Below, piece by piece: positions 37,168-47,187 of a stretch of 47,187 nucleotides of DNA. Where the stretch lies: contig JBDTZG010000044.1 of the NCBI GenBank assembly GCA_040005235.1, positions 1-47,187 of the forward strand, in the 5' to 3' direction. The stretch is from Acidobacteriota bacterium (GTDB lineage: Bacteria > Acidobacteriota > Thermoanaerobaculia > Multivoradales > UBA5704). The translations under genes and the position numbers were made by a program. Position 1 is the first letter of the stretch; the number at the start of each line of letters is the position of its first letter. The notes below the pieces were generated by a model. That model saw only the letters and a list, made by a program, of their open reading frames with translations. It was not told the DNA's origin and ran no database searches.

Positions 37168-39774
37168 TTGAACAAAGTGAAAAATCGTTCGAAATTCACC
37201 GTCGCCTTGATCCTGGCGGCCGCGATCGGCCCCTCAGGAGCGCTGTTCGCAGATGAGCTCCGAACCACGCACATCGCCCCCGCCCGCCTGCCGGAACAGG
37301 CCCACGACACCGTCAAGGAGGAGGCGAACGTCTCCCTGAGGGATAAGTACTACGCCCTTCGACGGCAAAAGGTGGGTGGAGGCGAATTCAACGCCGCCGC
37401 CGCCCGCGCCGCGGCGATGAATGAGAAGTCGAACCAACGCGCTGCGGCGCTCCGGACCGGCACGGTCTGGACCCCCCTGGGACCGCAGCCGATCCAAATG
37501 GGCCAGACGCCGCAGAACGGCAACAACCGCAGCGATTGCAGTGGTCGCGCGAACATGATCGCGATCGACAGCGGTGTCCCCGCGCCCTTCCCGGTCTATC
37601 TCGGCACCGCCCAGGGCGGGATCTGGAAGACCACCGACGACGGCACCACCTGGAGCCCGATCACCGACTTCCTGGGCTCGCTCGCCGTCGGCTGGATCGC
37701 GATCGACCCTACCGCCCACACCTCGACGACCGCCACGATCTACCTTGGCACCGGCGAAGCGAACGGCTCGGGCGACAGCTACGCGGGCGTCGGCGTCTAC
37801 AAGTCGACGAACTCCGGCGCCACCTGGAGCGGCCCGTTCGGCAGCGCTCAGTTCACCGGCCGAACCATCGGCACGATCGCGATCGACCGCGCCAACCCGA
37901 CCATCCTGCTCGCCGCCACCGCGTCCGGCATCTCCGGCGTCGGCGCCGCCCAGCCGGCCGTCTTGGCGCCGCGCGGCATTTACCGCTCGACCGATTCGGG
38001 CGCGACCTGGACCTGCACCACCTGCGGCGCCGGCACCGACAACAACCGGTACAACAACATCGTCCAAGATCCAGTCACCTCGACGACCTGGTTCGCGGCC
38101 GGCTGGCAGTCCGGCCTGGGCGCAGGAACCTTGAACGGCGGGCTGGTCAAGTCGACCGACAATGGCGCCACCTGGACCCAGGTCGGCGGCACGGGCGGCC
38201 TGCCGGCCGCCGCGGCAGCCTGGGCGCGCGCGACCGTCGCGGTCGCCAAGGCCCCGGCAGACGCCACTGCCACCTACTTCGTGGGAAACAGCTTCACCAA
38301 CGCGGGACAGAACCCGGGCCGCATCTACAAGTCGACCGACGGCGGCATCAACTGGACGCTGCTGACGGCGGCGAACGGCTATTGCGGCGGCCAGTGCTTC
38401 TATGACCAGCCGGTCTGGGCACAGCCGGACAACCCGATGATCGTCTACCACGGCGGCGCCGGCGCGGTCGCCTCGGCGGGCAACACCCGCGCGAACGTCC
38501 GCCGCTCGACCGACGGCGGCACGACGTTCACCGACATCATGATCAGCGCGGACGCCACGACCGCGGTCCACTCCGACACCCACTACCTGATCACCGACCC
38601 GGCGACCCCCACGACGCTGTGGGTGGCTTCCGACGGCGGTATCTGGCGTTCGCCGGACCGCGGCACGAACTGGGCGACCAAGAACTCCAACATCAACACC
38701 GTCCAGTTCACCGGCGTCGACCTCCACCCGAGCAACGCGAGCTTCGCCTACGGCGGCACCCAGGACAACGGCACGAACACCGGCAGCGGCTCGTTCGGCT
38801 GGCTCCATGGAGATGACGGCGACGGCGGCTTCGCCCTGATCGACCAGACCGACCCGAACAACGTCGTCCACACCTACTTCAACCAGTCCGGCAGCCTCCT
38901 GGCCGCCACCACGTCGCTGCTCGGGGTCACCTCCGGCCCGAACGACTACCTGACGCTCGTCGGCGCCTGCTCCGCGGCCTCGTGCGGCGTCTTGGTCAAC
39001 AACGGCATTCCGCTCGCCGACCGGGTGCTGTTCTACGCCCCGCTGGCGCTAGATCGCGGCGTCACCGACACGTTCTACTACGGCACCCATAAGCTCTATC
39101 GCTCGCCGAACTTCTTCGCGAACGCCCAGACGGCGACCCCGACGACCGTGATCTTCTTCCCGCTCGGCACCGGCGCCACCGGCCAGGACCTCACGGCGGG
39201 AGGCGGCGCGATCAGCACGATCGAAACGTTCGCGGCGCAGGCACCCGCGCACGGCGGCACCAACGCGGCGATCATCTACACCGGATCGTCCGACGGCCGG
39301 GTCTTCCGTTCGACCGACACCGGCGCAAGCTTCACGCTGGTCGATTCGCCGAACATCTTCGTCGCGGATCTCGTGGTCAATCCGAGCAACTCGCAGGTCG
39401 TCTATTCGGCGCTCTCCGGCTTCTCGGCGACCGCCGGCCTGAACGTCAGAAAGTCGATCGACGGCGGCGCCACCTGGCTCCCCTCGGGGACCGGCATCCC
39501 GAACATCCCGGTCAACGCGCTGGCGGTCGATCCGACCGACAACAACCGCATCTGGGCGGGAACCGACGTCGGCGTCTACGTCTCGTTCAATGCCGGCGGC
39601 AACTGGGCCCCTTACGGCACCGGCTTGCCGAACGTCGCGGTGATGGACATGAAAGCGGTCGCGATCCCCGCCGGCAGCCCGTCCGGCCAGATCGTCATCG
39701 CCACCCACGGCCGCGGAATGTGGAAGCTCTCCGGTTTGACCCCGGCCGAGCTGACCGACTTCTCGGTCGAGTAA
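37168..39774 (+). CDS. Secreted BNR/Asp-box repeat beta-propeller protein (VPS10/GH74-like)
   Basis: AAGGAG RBS with TTG start; signal peptide; many (K/R)STDxGxTW repeats; GGTQDNG, GDG, ATHGRGMW. Confidence 0.88.
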   Translation: MNKVKNRSKFTVALILAAAIGPSGALFADELRTTHIAPARLPEQAHDTVKEEANVSLRDKYYALRRQKVGGGEFNAAAARAAAMNEKSNQRAAALRTGTVWTPLGPQPIQMGQTPQNGNNRSDCSGRANMIAIDSGVPAPFPVYLGTAQGGIWKTTDDGTTWSPITDFLGSLAVGWIAIDPTAHTSTTATIYLGTGEANGSGDSYAGVGVYKSTNSGATWSGPFGSAQFTGRTIGTIAIDRANPTILLAATASGISGVGAAQPAVLAPRGIYRSTDSGATWTCTTCGAGTDNNRYNNIVQDPVTSTTWFAAGWQSGLGAGTLNGGLVKSTDNGATWTQVGGTGGLPAAAAAWARATVAVAKAPADATATYFVGNSFTNAGQNPGRIYKSTDGGINWTLLTAANGYCGGQCFYDQPVWAQPDNPMIVYHGGAGAVASAGNTRANVRRSTDGGTTFTDIMISADATTAVHSDTHYLITDPATPTTLWVASDGGIWRSPDRGTNWATKNSNINTVQFTGVDLHPSNASFAYGGTQDNGTNTGSGSFGWLHGDDGDGGFALIDQTDPNNVVHTYFNQSGSLLAATTSLLGVTSGPNDYLTLVGACSAASCGVLVNNGIPLADRVLFYAPLALDRGVTDTFYYGTHKLYRSPNFFANAQTATPTTVIFFPLGTGATGQDLTAGGGAISTIETFAAQAPAHGGTNAAIIYTGSSDGRVFRSTDTGASFTLVDSPNIFVADLVVNPSNSQVVYSALSGFSATAGLNVRKSIDGGATWLPSGTGIPNIPVNALAVDPTDNNRIWAGTDVGVYVSFNAGGNWAPYGTGLPNVAVMDMKAVAIPAGSPSGQIVIATHGRGMWKLSGLTPAELTDFSVE

Positions 39775-39787
39775 GCACCTCTACTCC

Positions 39788-39824
39788 CTCCGCCGTTCGG
39801 GTCGCCACGACCCGGACGGCGGAG
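39788..39824. terminator. Long stem-loop between convergent genes
   Basis: CTCCGCCGTTCGGGTCG-cca-CGACCCGGACGGCGGAG. Confidence 0.7.
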
Positions 39825-39842
39825 TCCTTCGAGGGTTTTCTT

Positions 39843-40517
39843 CTAGCTCGTCTTGGTCGGGATCTTCGGCAGCAGCCAGCCGAGGAACGCCTCTTCCGAG
39901 CGGCTCTGCATCAGCACCCGGCCCGGCCCGGTGAGGCGGCAGACTAGACCTTCGCCGCCCAAGATCGTGGACTTCCAGCCGCCGGAACCCTGTACCGCGA
40001 ACTGCACGGTCGCCTCCATACCGACGATGTGTCCGGTGTCCACCACATAGGACTGTCCGGCGGCGAGCGTCCTCTCTTCGATCGCGCCGTAGGCGCAGGC
40101 CAGGATCTGGCCCTGGCCGCTCACCTTGAGCAGCACCAAGCCTCCGCCGCCGAAGAAGCCTTTCGCTCCGCCCCAGCTGGCATCCATGGCGACGCCCATT
40201 TCGCTCGCGACGTAGGAACCGCTGCGCAGCAGGAATTCGTTGCCCGAGATATTCAACGTGATCAGGTCGCCGGGCAGACTCGCCGCCAACGTGATTTCGC
40301 CGCCGTCCGCGGGTGCCTTCCAAGTATTCTGGAAGAAGCTCTCCCCCGCCACCATGCGCTTGAGGCCGCCGAAGAAGCCTCCTTGTGCTTTGGTCTCGGT
40401 GGTCAGACCGTCGCTGTGGCTTACCATCGCGCCCGGTTCCACTTTGATCTCTTCGTTGCTGCCCAGTCTGACGATGGCGAGTGCAAATGCGGGCTGGTGC
40501 TTGATTGTTACTTCCAT
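39843..40517 (-). CDS. TIGR00266/AIM24 family protein
   Basis: EPGAMV, GESFF, VDTGHIV, GGEGLVCRLTGPGRVLMQSR. Confidence 0.92.
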   Translation of the reverse strand: MEVTIKHQPAFALAIVRLGSNEEIKVEPGAMVSHSDGLTTETKAQGGFFGGLKRMVAGESFFQNTWKAPADGGEITLAASLPGDLITLNISGNEFLLRSGSYVASEMGVAMDASWGGAKGFFGGGGLVLLKVSGQGQILACAYGAIEERTLAAGQSYVVDTGHIVGMEATVQFAVQGSGGWKSTILGGEGLVCRLTGPGRVLMQSRSEEAFLGWLLPKIPTKTS

Positions 40518-40582
40518 GTTCTCCCCTTTAAGTCCTGCGTTGGTGGACTACGATCTGAAACCAACAAAAAGTCTTCTCCGGC

Positions 40583-41572
40583 TCAAGCGAGCGCCCGACT
40601 CGAAAGGCCTGCCAACTCGGCGCGCAGCTGTTCGATCAGGGCCGCATTGCGCCCTTCGTCGCCCAGCCGCGCAAGCTGCGCTTTCTTGTGTGCCAGCTCC
40701 CCGCACACCTGGTAGAAGCGCCGGGTCGGCCCGCGTCCGGCGCCGACCAGGGTGCGCAGCCGGGCGCCGGACTGTGCCCAACTGGAAATCGCCGTCCGGT
40801 ACTGGGCATCGGTGAGCCGACCGAAACCGACTTCCTCGGCAAGGTGGGTGCCCACCAGGCGCCCCTCGCGTCGAATCGATATCAGAATCAGAATGCAGAT
40901 CGCGAGCCAGCCGAGCCAGTCGACGAAAAACATCAGAATGCCCAGTCCGGCTGCTCCTTCGGCGAACGTCGCGAGCGTGTTGTGGAGCGAATGGAAAGCC
41001 AAGGCCGCCGCCCAGCCGAACGGCGGTGCGAGCCAGCGGACGACCCCCTTGCCGCTCAACCGGGAGACCGCGAGGCCTATGCCGATCCATGCGGTATAGA
41101 AGGGATGGTTCCAGATCCCCAGCACCACCCGCACGACGAACAGGGTGAGCAGGCCGTTCATCCCCTTCTCGGTGAACTCCCCGTAGAGATAAAAGACGTT
41201 CTCGGTGGCGGCGAAGCCGAGCGCTACCACGGCGGCGTAGACGATTCCGTCGAGCATCGAGTCGAATTCGCGGCGCAGAACCAGAAACACCGCGAGGACC
41301 GCGAGCCCCTTCAAACTTTCCTCGGTGATCGGCGCAAACAGCGTCGAGCCCGCCACGTCGGCCGCCTTTTCCGAGCCGCCCGCCGCAGTGACCGCTCCCG
41401 CGAGAATCAGCTGCGCCACCAGAGCGCCGATGATCGCGACCACCGCCCCCCAGAAGAACACCAGGCCCAGCAGCACCTTCGGTTCCTTCTCATAGCGGTC
41501 GAGCCAATAGACGAACCCCGCGCAGGCCAAGGCCGGGACGAAACTCAAGATCAGGGCGGTCAGAAAGCCCAT
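40583..41572 (-). CDS. PrsW family intramembrane glutamic protease
   Basis: DRYEKEP, EESLK, GFAATEN, HPFYT, HSLHN motifs. Confidence 0.92.
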   Translation of the reverse strand: MGFLTALILSFVPALACAGFVYWLDRYEKEPKVLLGLVFFWGAVVAIIGALVAQLILAGAVTAAGGSEKAADVAGSTLFAPITEESLKGLAVLAVFLVLRREFDSMLDGIVYAAVVALGFAATENVFYLYGEFTEKGMNGLLTLFVVRVVLGIWNHPFYTAWIGIGLAVSRLSGKGVVRWLAPPFGWAAALAFHSLHNTLATFAEGAAGLGILMFFVDWLGWLAICILILISIRREGRLVGTHLAEEVGFGRLTDAQYRTAISSWAQSGARLRTLVGAGRGPTRRFYQVCGELAHKKAQLARLGDEGRNAALIEQLRAELAGLSSRALA

Positions 41573-41704
41573 GGCAACTCCTTGCTCCGAACGAATAATC
41601 GGTGCCGGTATTGTCTCATACCAGATGCGAAGAACCAGATCCTAGGAGGCATGCCCGAAGTTCTCCAGATGAGCTGATCCTCCTCGGCGAGTGACCCTTG
41701 CCCC

Positions 41705-44095
41705 CTACTCTCCCACCCGCAACACTAAAATCGTCAAGTCGTCCTCTCGCGGCATTGCGCCGATGAAGCGGTCGAGGTCGGCGAGGACTCCTCTTTGGAG
41801 GGCCTCGACCGAGCCTGCGGCGTGGCGGGCGAGGCTTTGCTCTAGGCGCTCGAAGCCGTAGGACTCGTCGCTCTTGGTGCCGCGGGCTTCGACCAGGCCA
41901 TCGCTGAAGAGGAAGATCGCATCGCCCGGAGCGATTTTGGCGGCGCGGGGGGAAATGTCGAGCCGGCCGCGGACTCCGAGCGGATAGGCGATCGATTCGA
42001 GCGGCTCGACCCGGCCGTTCTTGGAGACGAGGTAGGGATAGAGGTGCCCCGCGCTCGCGTAATGGACTTCGCCGCGGATCGGATCGATCAGGGCATAGCA
42101 GAGCGTGGTGAGCAGGCGCCTGCGGGCGCTTTGGAACACCGTCCGATTGAGGGTCCTGAAAACCGCCTCGATGGCCGGGTCGAACGTGACCTGGACCGCA
42201 AGCGCGGATTTCGCCATCGACATCACCAGGCCGGAAGAAACACCGTGGCCGGCCACGTCGCCGATCGCGACCGCGACCCGGCCGTCTTCGAGAGCGAGTA
42301 CGTCGTAGAAGTCTCCGCCCACTTCGCTCGCCGGGAGATAGGTGTGGGCGACATCGAGGCCACCCAGCCGAGGCGGCAGATCGGGCAGGATCGAGCTCTG
42401 AATGCCGCGCGCGGTCTCCAACTCGACCCGCTGACGCTCGCGCTCGGCGATCCGGCGCACGTGGGGTGGAATGTCCTCGTAGCGGTAGACCCGCTCGCTC
42501 TCCGAACCCAGAAACCGGAGGCTCACAAGCAGCGGCAGCGCCAAGAGGCCGAGCGCCGCCCAACCGTGAGCCTGAAGGCTCGAATCGGCCGCGGCGAGCA
42601 GAGGGTAGCCGGCGAGGGCGGAGCAGGCGACGAACGCCGCCAAAACGGCCGCCAGAAGATCGACGCCGCGAAAAATGGCCACTACGCCAACCGCCAGGAC
42701 GAACGCGACGAGCAAGCCGGGCAGCACCGGTACCGGCATCGCGGGAGATAGCAGGAAGGGCGTGAGGATCACGGAACCGGCGAGGCCGCCGAGCCAAGGT
42801 CCGAAGCGCCGCTCGACCGTCGGCAGCAGGCAGAGCAGGACGGCGAGCAGGGGACCGAGGCTCCCCCAAATCTGCTCCGTGACCATTTCGATCGAAGGCG
42901 CCGTCGAGCCGACGGTCGAGGGAAGGAGGAACGAGACCAGCGGCCAGGCTTCGAATCGCGTCAGCGCCAGGCAGAGAAGCGCGAGCGCTCCGGCCAAAGC
43001 GAGCCCGCCCGAGACTCCCGCGAGCGCCGAGCGTGCCACCGTGGCGTTGCCCCATTCGCCCAGGAACAGGCCGTCGAAGGCCGAGAGCTTATCGCCCCAG
43101 CGCTCGCGGCAGATCGACTCCCCCACCGCCCAGGCGAAGAAGGCGGCGATGCCGCTCGGCAGTACATTGAACAGGGTCAGCACGAGCGCGTAAATCCAGG
43201 TGGTCTGCTCGCGAGTCGCAATGCCGAGGCCAAGCCCCTGAGCGCTCGACCGAACGATCAGAGCGATCGCCACCAGCCCCGCCACGGTCACCAAGCCGAA
43301 GACCTGCACGGCTCGGCGAACCCCGATCAACCCTTCGTGGTAGCGCGAAAGGAACGGCGGCGCCAGCGAAAGCAGCAGCGCGAACAGAAGGACCAGCCCG
43401 CCGATGCTGACGAACGTCATCTGCCGGACCACTGGCTGTAAATCCGTCCGGTGCGGATCTTCGAACCAAGGACCGAACCCGGTCAACCGGTCTCCTGAAA
43501 ACGTGACGTCCACGCCGTAACCCACCTTGGCGGTTTCGAGCTCCGAACGACGCATGGGATACCGGACGGTCGTATCGGTGCGGGCCGAGAGTTGGCGCCG
43601 ACGGACCTCCGGAGGGCCGAGCGGGGAAAGGTCGACGCCTTGCTCGACGAGAAACCCGCGCGCCTGCCGCAGGGCCTCGGCCTCGGTGATCGCGGCCCCG
43701 GGATCGTTCTCATCGACCCGTCGCACGAGCGAAAGAACCTCGCCGGACAGCGAGATCTCGGCGCGATAGGTCCATTCGTCGCGCGTCACACCGCGCGGAT
43801 AGACCACGACTTCCCAATGGACCACCCGAGAAAGGAGCCGTTGCGAAGGCCGAGGCGCCGAAATCAGCAACCGGCGTTCGAGTAGGGGATCACCGTCCAG
43901 CCTCACGGCGACGTAGGGGTTGGGAACCGCCGGCCCCAGCTCAGCGACCTTTTCGAGCGCGAGCGCAGTCGCCTCGGCCCGGGTGGTCGTCCAAGGGGAC
44001 GGCAGGGTCGGGAGCGTGCCGACGCACACCCAGCGGAGGGCCAAGGCGCCGAGCACCGCGATCCCAAGCCAGCCGAACCAGGTCGCCTTACGCAT
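41705..44095 (-). CDS. Multi-pass membrane PP2C/SpoIIE (RsbU-like) phosphatase
   Basis: Extracytoplasmic N-domain, many TMs, ELETARGIQ, VGGDFYD, GDVAGHG, SAGH, SDGLVE, DDLT. Confidence 0.9.
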   Translation of the reverse strand: MRKATWFGWLGIAVLGALALRWVCVGTLPTLPSPWTTTRAEATALALEKVAELGPAVPNPYVAVRLDGDPLLERRLLISAPRPSQRLLSRVVHWEVVVYPRGVTRDEWTYRAEISLSGEVLSLVRRVDENDPGAAITEAEALRQARGFLVEQGVDLSPLGPPEVRRRQLSARTDTTVRYPMRRSELETAKVGYGVDVTFSGDRLTGFGPWFEDPHRTDLQPVVRQMTFVSIGGLVLLFALLLSLAPPFLSRYHEGLIGVRRAVQVFGLVTVAGLVAIALIVRSSAQGLGLGIATREQTTWIYALVLTLFNVLPSGIAAFFAWAVGESICRERWGDKLSAFDGLFLGEWGNATVARSALAGVSGGLALAGALALLCLALTRFEAWPLVSFLLPSTVGSTAPSIEMVTEQIWGSLGPLLAVLLCLLPTVERRFGPWLGGLAGSVILTPFLLSPAMPVPVLPGLLVAFVLAVGVVAIFRGVDLLAAVLAAFVACSALAGYPLLAAADSSLQAHGWAALGLLALPLLVSLRFLGSESERVYRYEDIPPHVRRIAERERQRVELETARGIQSSILPDLPPRLGGLDVAHTYLPASEVGGDFYDVLALEDGRVAVAIGDVAGHGVSSGLVMSMAKSALAVQVTFDPAIEAVFRTLNRTVFQSARRRLLTTLCYALIDPIRGEVHYASAGHLYPYLVSKNGRVEPLESIAYPLGVRGRLDISPRAAKIAPGDAIFLFSDGLVEARGTKSDESYGFERLEQSLARHAAGSVEALQRGVLADLDRFIGAMPREDDLTILVLRVGE

Positions 44096-44154
44096 GGTTG
44101 CGAATCCTTCGTTTCGGTCGCTCCTCCGAATCCGACCGAAACAGAGTACGAGCC

Positions 44155-44180
44155 GGGGGGCCGCCAGGTTGCGGCCCCCC
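44155..44180 (-). terminator. Hairpin downstream of mdh
   Basis: GGGGGGCCGC-N6-GCGGCCCCCC. Confidence 0.6.
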
Positions 44181-44195
44181 GCTTTCAGGAATGCC

Positions 44196-45122
44196 TCAGG
44201 CCGGTAGGCCGTCGACCAGCTCGCGCACAGCGGCGGCCGACTTTTCGAGCGCGGCCTGCTCTTCCGGCAAGAGGGTCAGCTCGATCACCTGCTCCATGCC
44301 GCCGCGGCCGAGCCGGACCGGAACGCCGACGAACAGCCCGTTCAAGCCGTACTCGCCATCGAGCAGCACGGCGCAGGGGAGAATCTTCTTCTTGTCGTGG
44401 AGGATCGCCGCGACCATCTCGTAGGTCGAAGCCGAAGGGGCGTAATAAGCCGAGCCGGTCTTGTAGTAGTTGACGATCTCGATGCCGCCGGTTTTTGTCC
44501 GCTGATTGATCGCCTCGATCCGTTCGGCCGACAGGAGCTGCGGCAGAGGAATCCCGGCGACCGTGGCGAAGCGGGAGACCGGCACCATGGTGTCGCCGTG
44601 GCCGCCGAGAACGAAGGCGTCGACATCTTCGACCGAAACCTTGAGCTCGTCCGCGATGAACCAGCGCATGCGCGCGGCGTCGAGCACCCCCGCCATGCCG
44701 AACACCCGCTCGCGCGGGAAGCCCGAAGCGCGGCGCGCCACTTCGCACATGGCGTCGAGAGGATTGGTGACCAGGATGAGGATCGTATTCGGCGAGTGGA
44801 GGACCAGCTGCTCGACGCAACCTTTGACGATCTCGGTGTTCTTATTCAATAGGTCGTCGCGGGACATGCCGGGCTTTCTCGCCAAACCCGCGGTGATCAC
44901 GCAAACGTCCGACCCTGCCGTCGCGGCGTAATCTCCGCCGCCGGTAATTTTGGCATTGAAGCCGACCACCGGGGCGGCTTCCATCATGTCGAGCGCCTTG
45001 CCGGTCGCAAGGTCCGCAGCGACGTCGATCATCACGACGTCGGCCAGATCCGCCTCGGCGATCCGCTGCGCCAGCGTCGCGCCCACGTTGCCGGCGCCTA
45101 CTACGGTGACTTTATGTTGCAT
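44196..45122 (-). CDS. mdh: Malate dehydrogenase (LDH-like)
   Basis: [35 protein letters not shown]. Confidence 0.97.
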   Translation of the reverse strand: MQHKVTVVGAGNVGATLAQRIAEADLADVVMIDVAADLATGKALDMMEAAPVVGFNAKITGGGDYAATAGSDVCVITAGLARKPGMSRDDLLNKNTEIVKGCVEQLVLHSPNTILILVTNPLDAMCEVARRASGFPRERVFGMAGVLDAARMRWFIADELKVSVEDVDAFVLGGHGDTMVPVSRFATVAGIPLPQLLSAERIEAINQRTKTGGIEIVNYYKTGSAYYAPSASTYEMVAAILHDKKKILPCAVLLDGEYGLNGLFVGVPVRLGRGGMEQVIELTLLPEEQAALEKSAAAVRELVDGLPA

Positions 45123-45159
45123 CGGAAGTTTCTCCGTGTTCGGGATGAATTTTGAGCCT

Positions 45160-46410
<1,251 letters not shown>

Positions 46411-46554
46411 GAGCCCCTCCTTCATACTCAGAACGGAATCTCACTGCGGAATGGACGAAATGGCCGGACGGCCATTGAAGCTTCTGGTCAGGCCGTGGGA
46501 CTATAGCAGGGCCGCCCGCCGAACCGGCCCGTCAGGCGTAGAATGGCGCGCAGA

Positions 46555-46959
46555 ATGACTGAAATGCCGATCGACTGGGACTCGCTGATCCGCGCCGCCG
46601 AAGACGCCCGGGGCCGCTCGTACTCCCCCTACAGCCGCTACGCGGTGGGGGCGGCGCTCCAAATGGAGGACGGCTCGATCCAAGCCGCCGCGAACGTCGA
46701 GAACTCGATCCCCGCCCTCTCGATCTGCGCCGAACGAAACGCGATCTCGAAAGCGGTGAACGCGGGGCTCAAACATCCCGTCGCCCTAGCCGTCGCGACC
46801 GAATCCTCCCCCCCGGCCCGCCCCTGCGGCCTCTGCCGCCAGACCCTCGCCGAGTTCGCGGACGACCTGCCCATCGTCATGGTCAACCCGGCGGGCGAGC
46901 GCGAAGAGACCACGCTGGCCGAGCTGTTCCCGGCGCCGTTCCGGCTGGAGCCGCGGTAG
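46555..46959 (+). CDS. cdd: Cytidine deaminase (homotetrameric type)
   Basis: YSPYS, NVEN, CAE and PCGLCRQ zinc motifs. Confidence 0.95.
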   Translation: MTEMPIDWDSLIRAAEDARGRSYSPYSRYAVGAALQMEDGSIQAAANVENSIPALSICAERNAISKAVNAGLKHPVALAVATESSPPARPCGLCRQTLAEFADDLPIVMVNPAGEREETTLAELFPAPFRLEPR

Positions 46960-46978
46960 GCCGCTCCAAGGGAAGAGC

Positions 46979-47187
46979 GATCCTGGCCCAAGAACGATGA
47001 TCCTTCGGGAGGGATCGGTGATTGTGGCCCAAAAACGGTGATCCTTCGGGAGGGATCGGTGATTTTGGCCCAAAAACGGTGATCCTTCGGGGAGGATCGG
47101 TGATTTTGGCCCAAAGACGGTGATCCTTCGGAAGGGATCGGTGATTTTGGCCCAAAAACGGTGATCCTTCGGGAGGGATCGGTGATT
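46979..47187. repeat. 41-bp tandem repeat array, 5 full copies plus a partial one, truncated at the window end
   Basis: Consensus GATTTTGGCCCAAAAACGGTGATCCTTCGGGAGGGATCGGT starting at 46979, 47020, 47061, 47102, 47143 and 47184. Confidence 0.95.

Noticed and set aside
46979-47187. CRISPR array
   Set aside because: Units are contiguous near-identical 41-mers with no unique spacers, and no cas genes are in the window

Overview
GC-rich bacterial window. Gene content and style suggest Acidobacteriota, probably Thermoanaerobaculia-like (inference). The left part (0.2-12.6 kb) has a DNA-damage cluster (SRAP/YedK, ogt, lexA), a two-subunit M16 peptidase, an aldo-keto reductase, a dynamin-like GTPase, an AmpG-type MFS and PspC. 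The centre (12.7-33.3 kb) is accessory and contains two parallel envelope-signalling modules. Module 1 is a secreted Cys-rich protein, a signal-peptide TPR-CHAT caspase-like protease, a small unknown protein, an ECF sigma factor and a membrane zinc anti-sigma factor; a lanthipeptide-like precursor with no modifying enzymes is transcribed divergently from it. Module 2 is a secreted repeat protein, an ECF43-type sigma factor, a membrane Ser/Thr kinase with TPRs and a secreted Cys-rich protein. Module 2 lies between an intact SGNH hydrolase gene and an internally deleted copy of it, followed by several gene remnants. The right part has panE, an SDR, exbD, WS/DGAT, a BNR beta-propeller, AIM24, PrsW, a membrane SpoIIE-type phosphatase, mdh, icd and cdd, and a 41-bp palindromic tandem array that runs off the window end. 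I recognised no rRNA, tRNA, CRISPR array, integrase or transposase. All calls come from reading motifs by eye; no searches were run.
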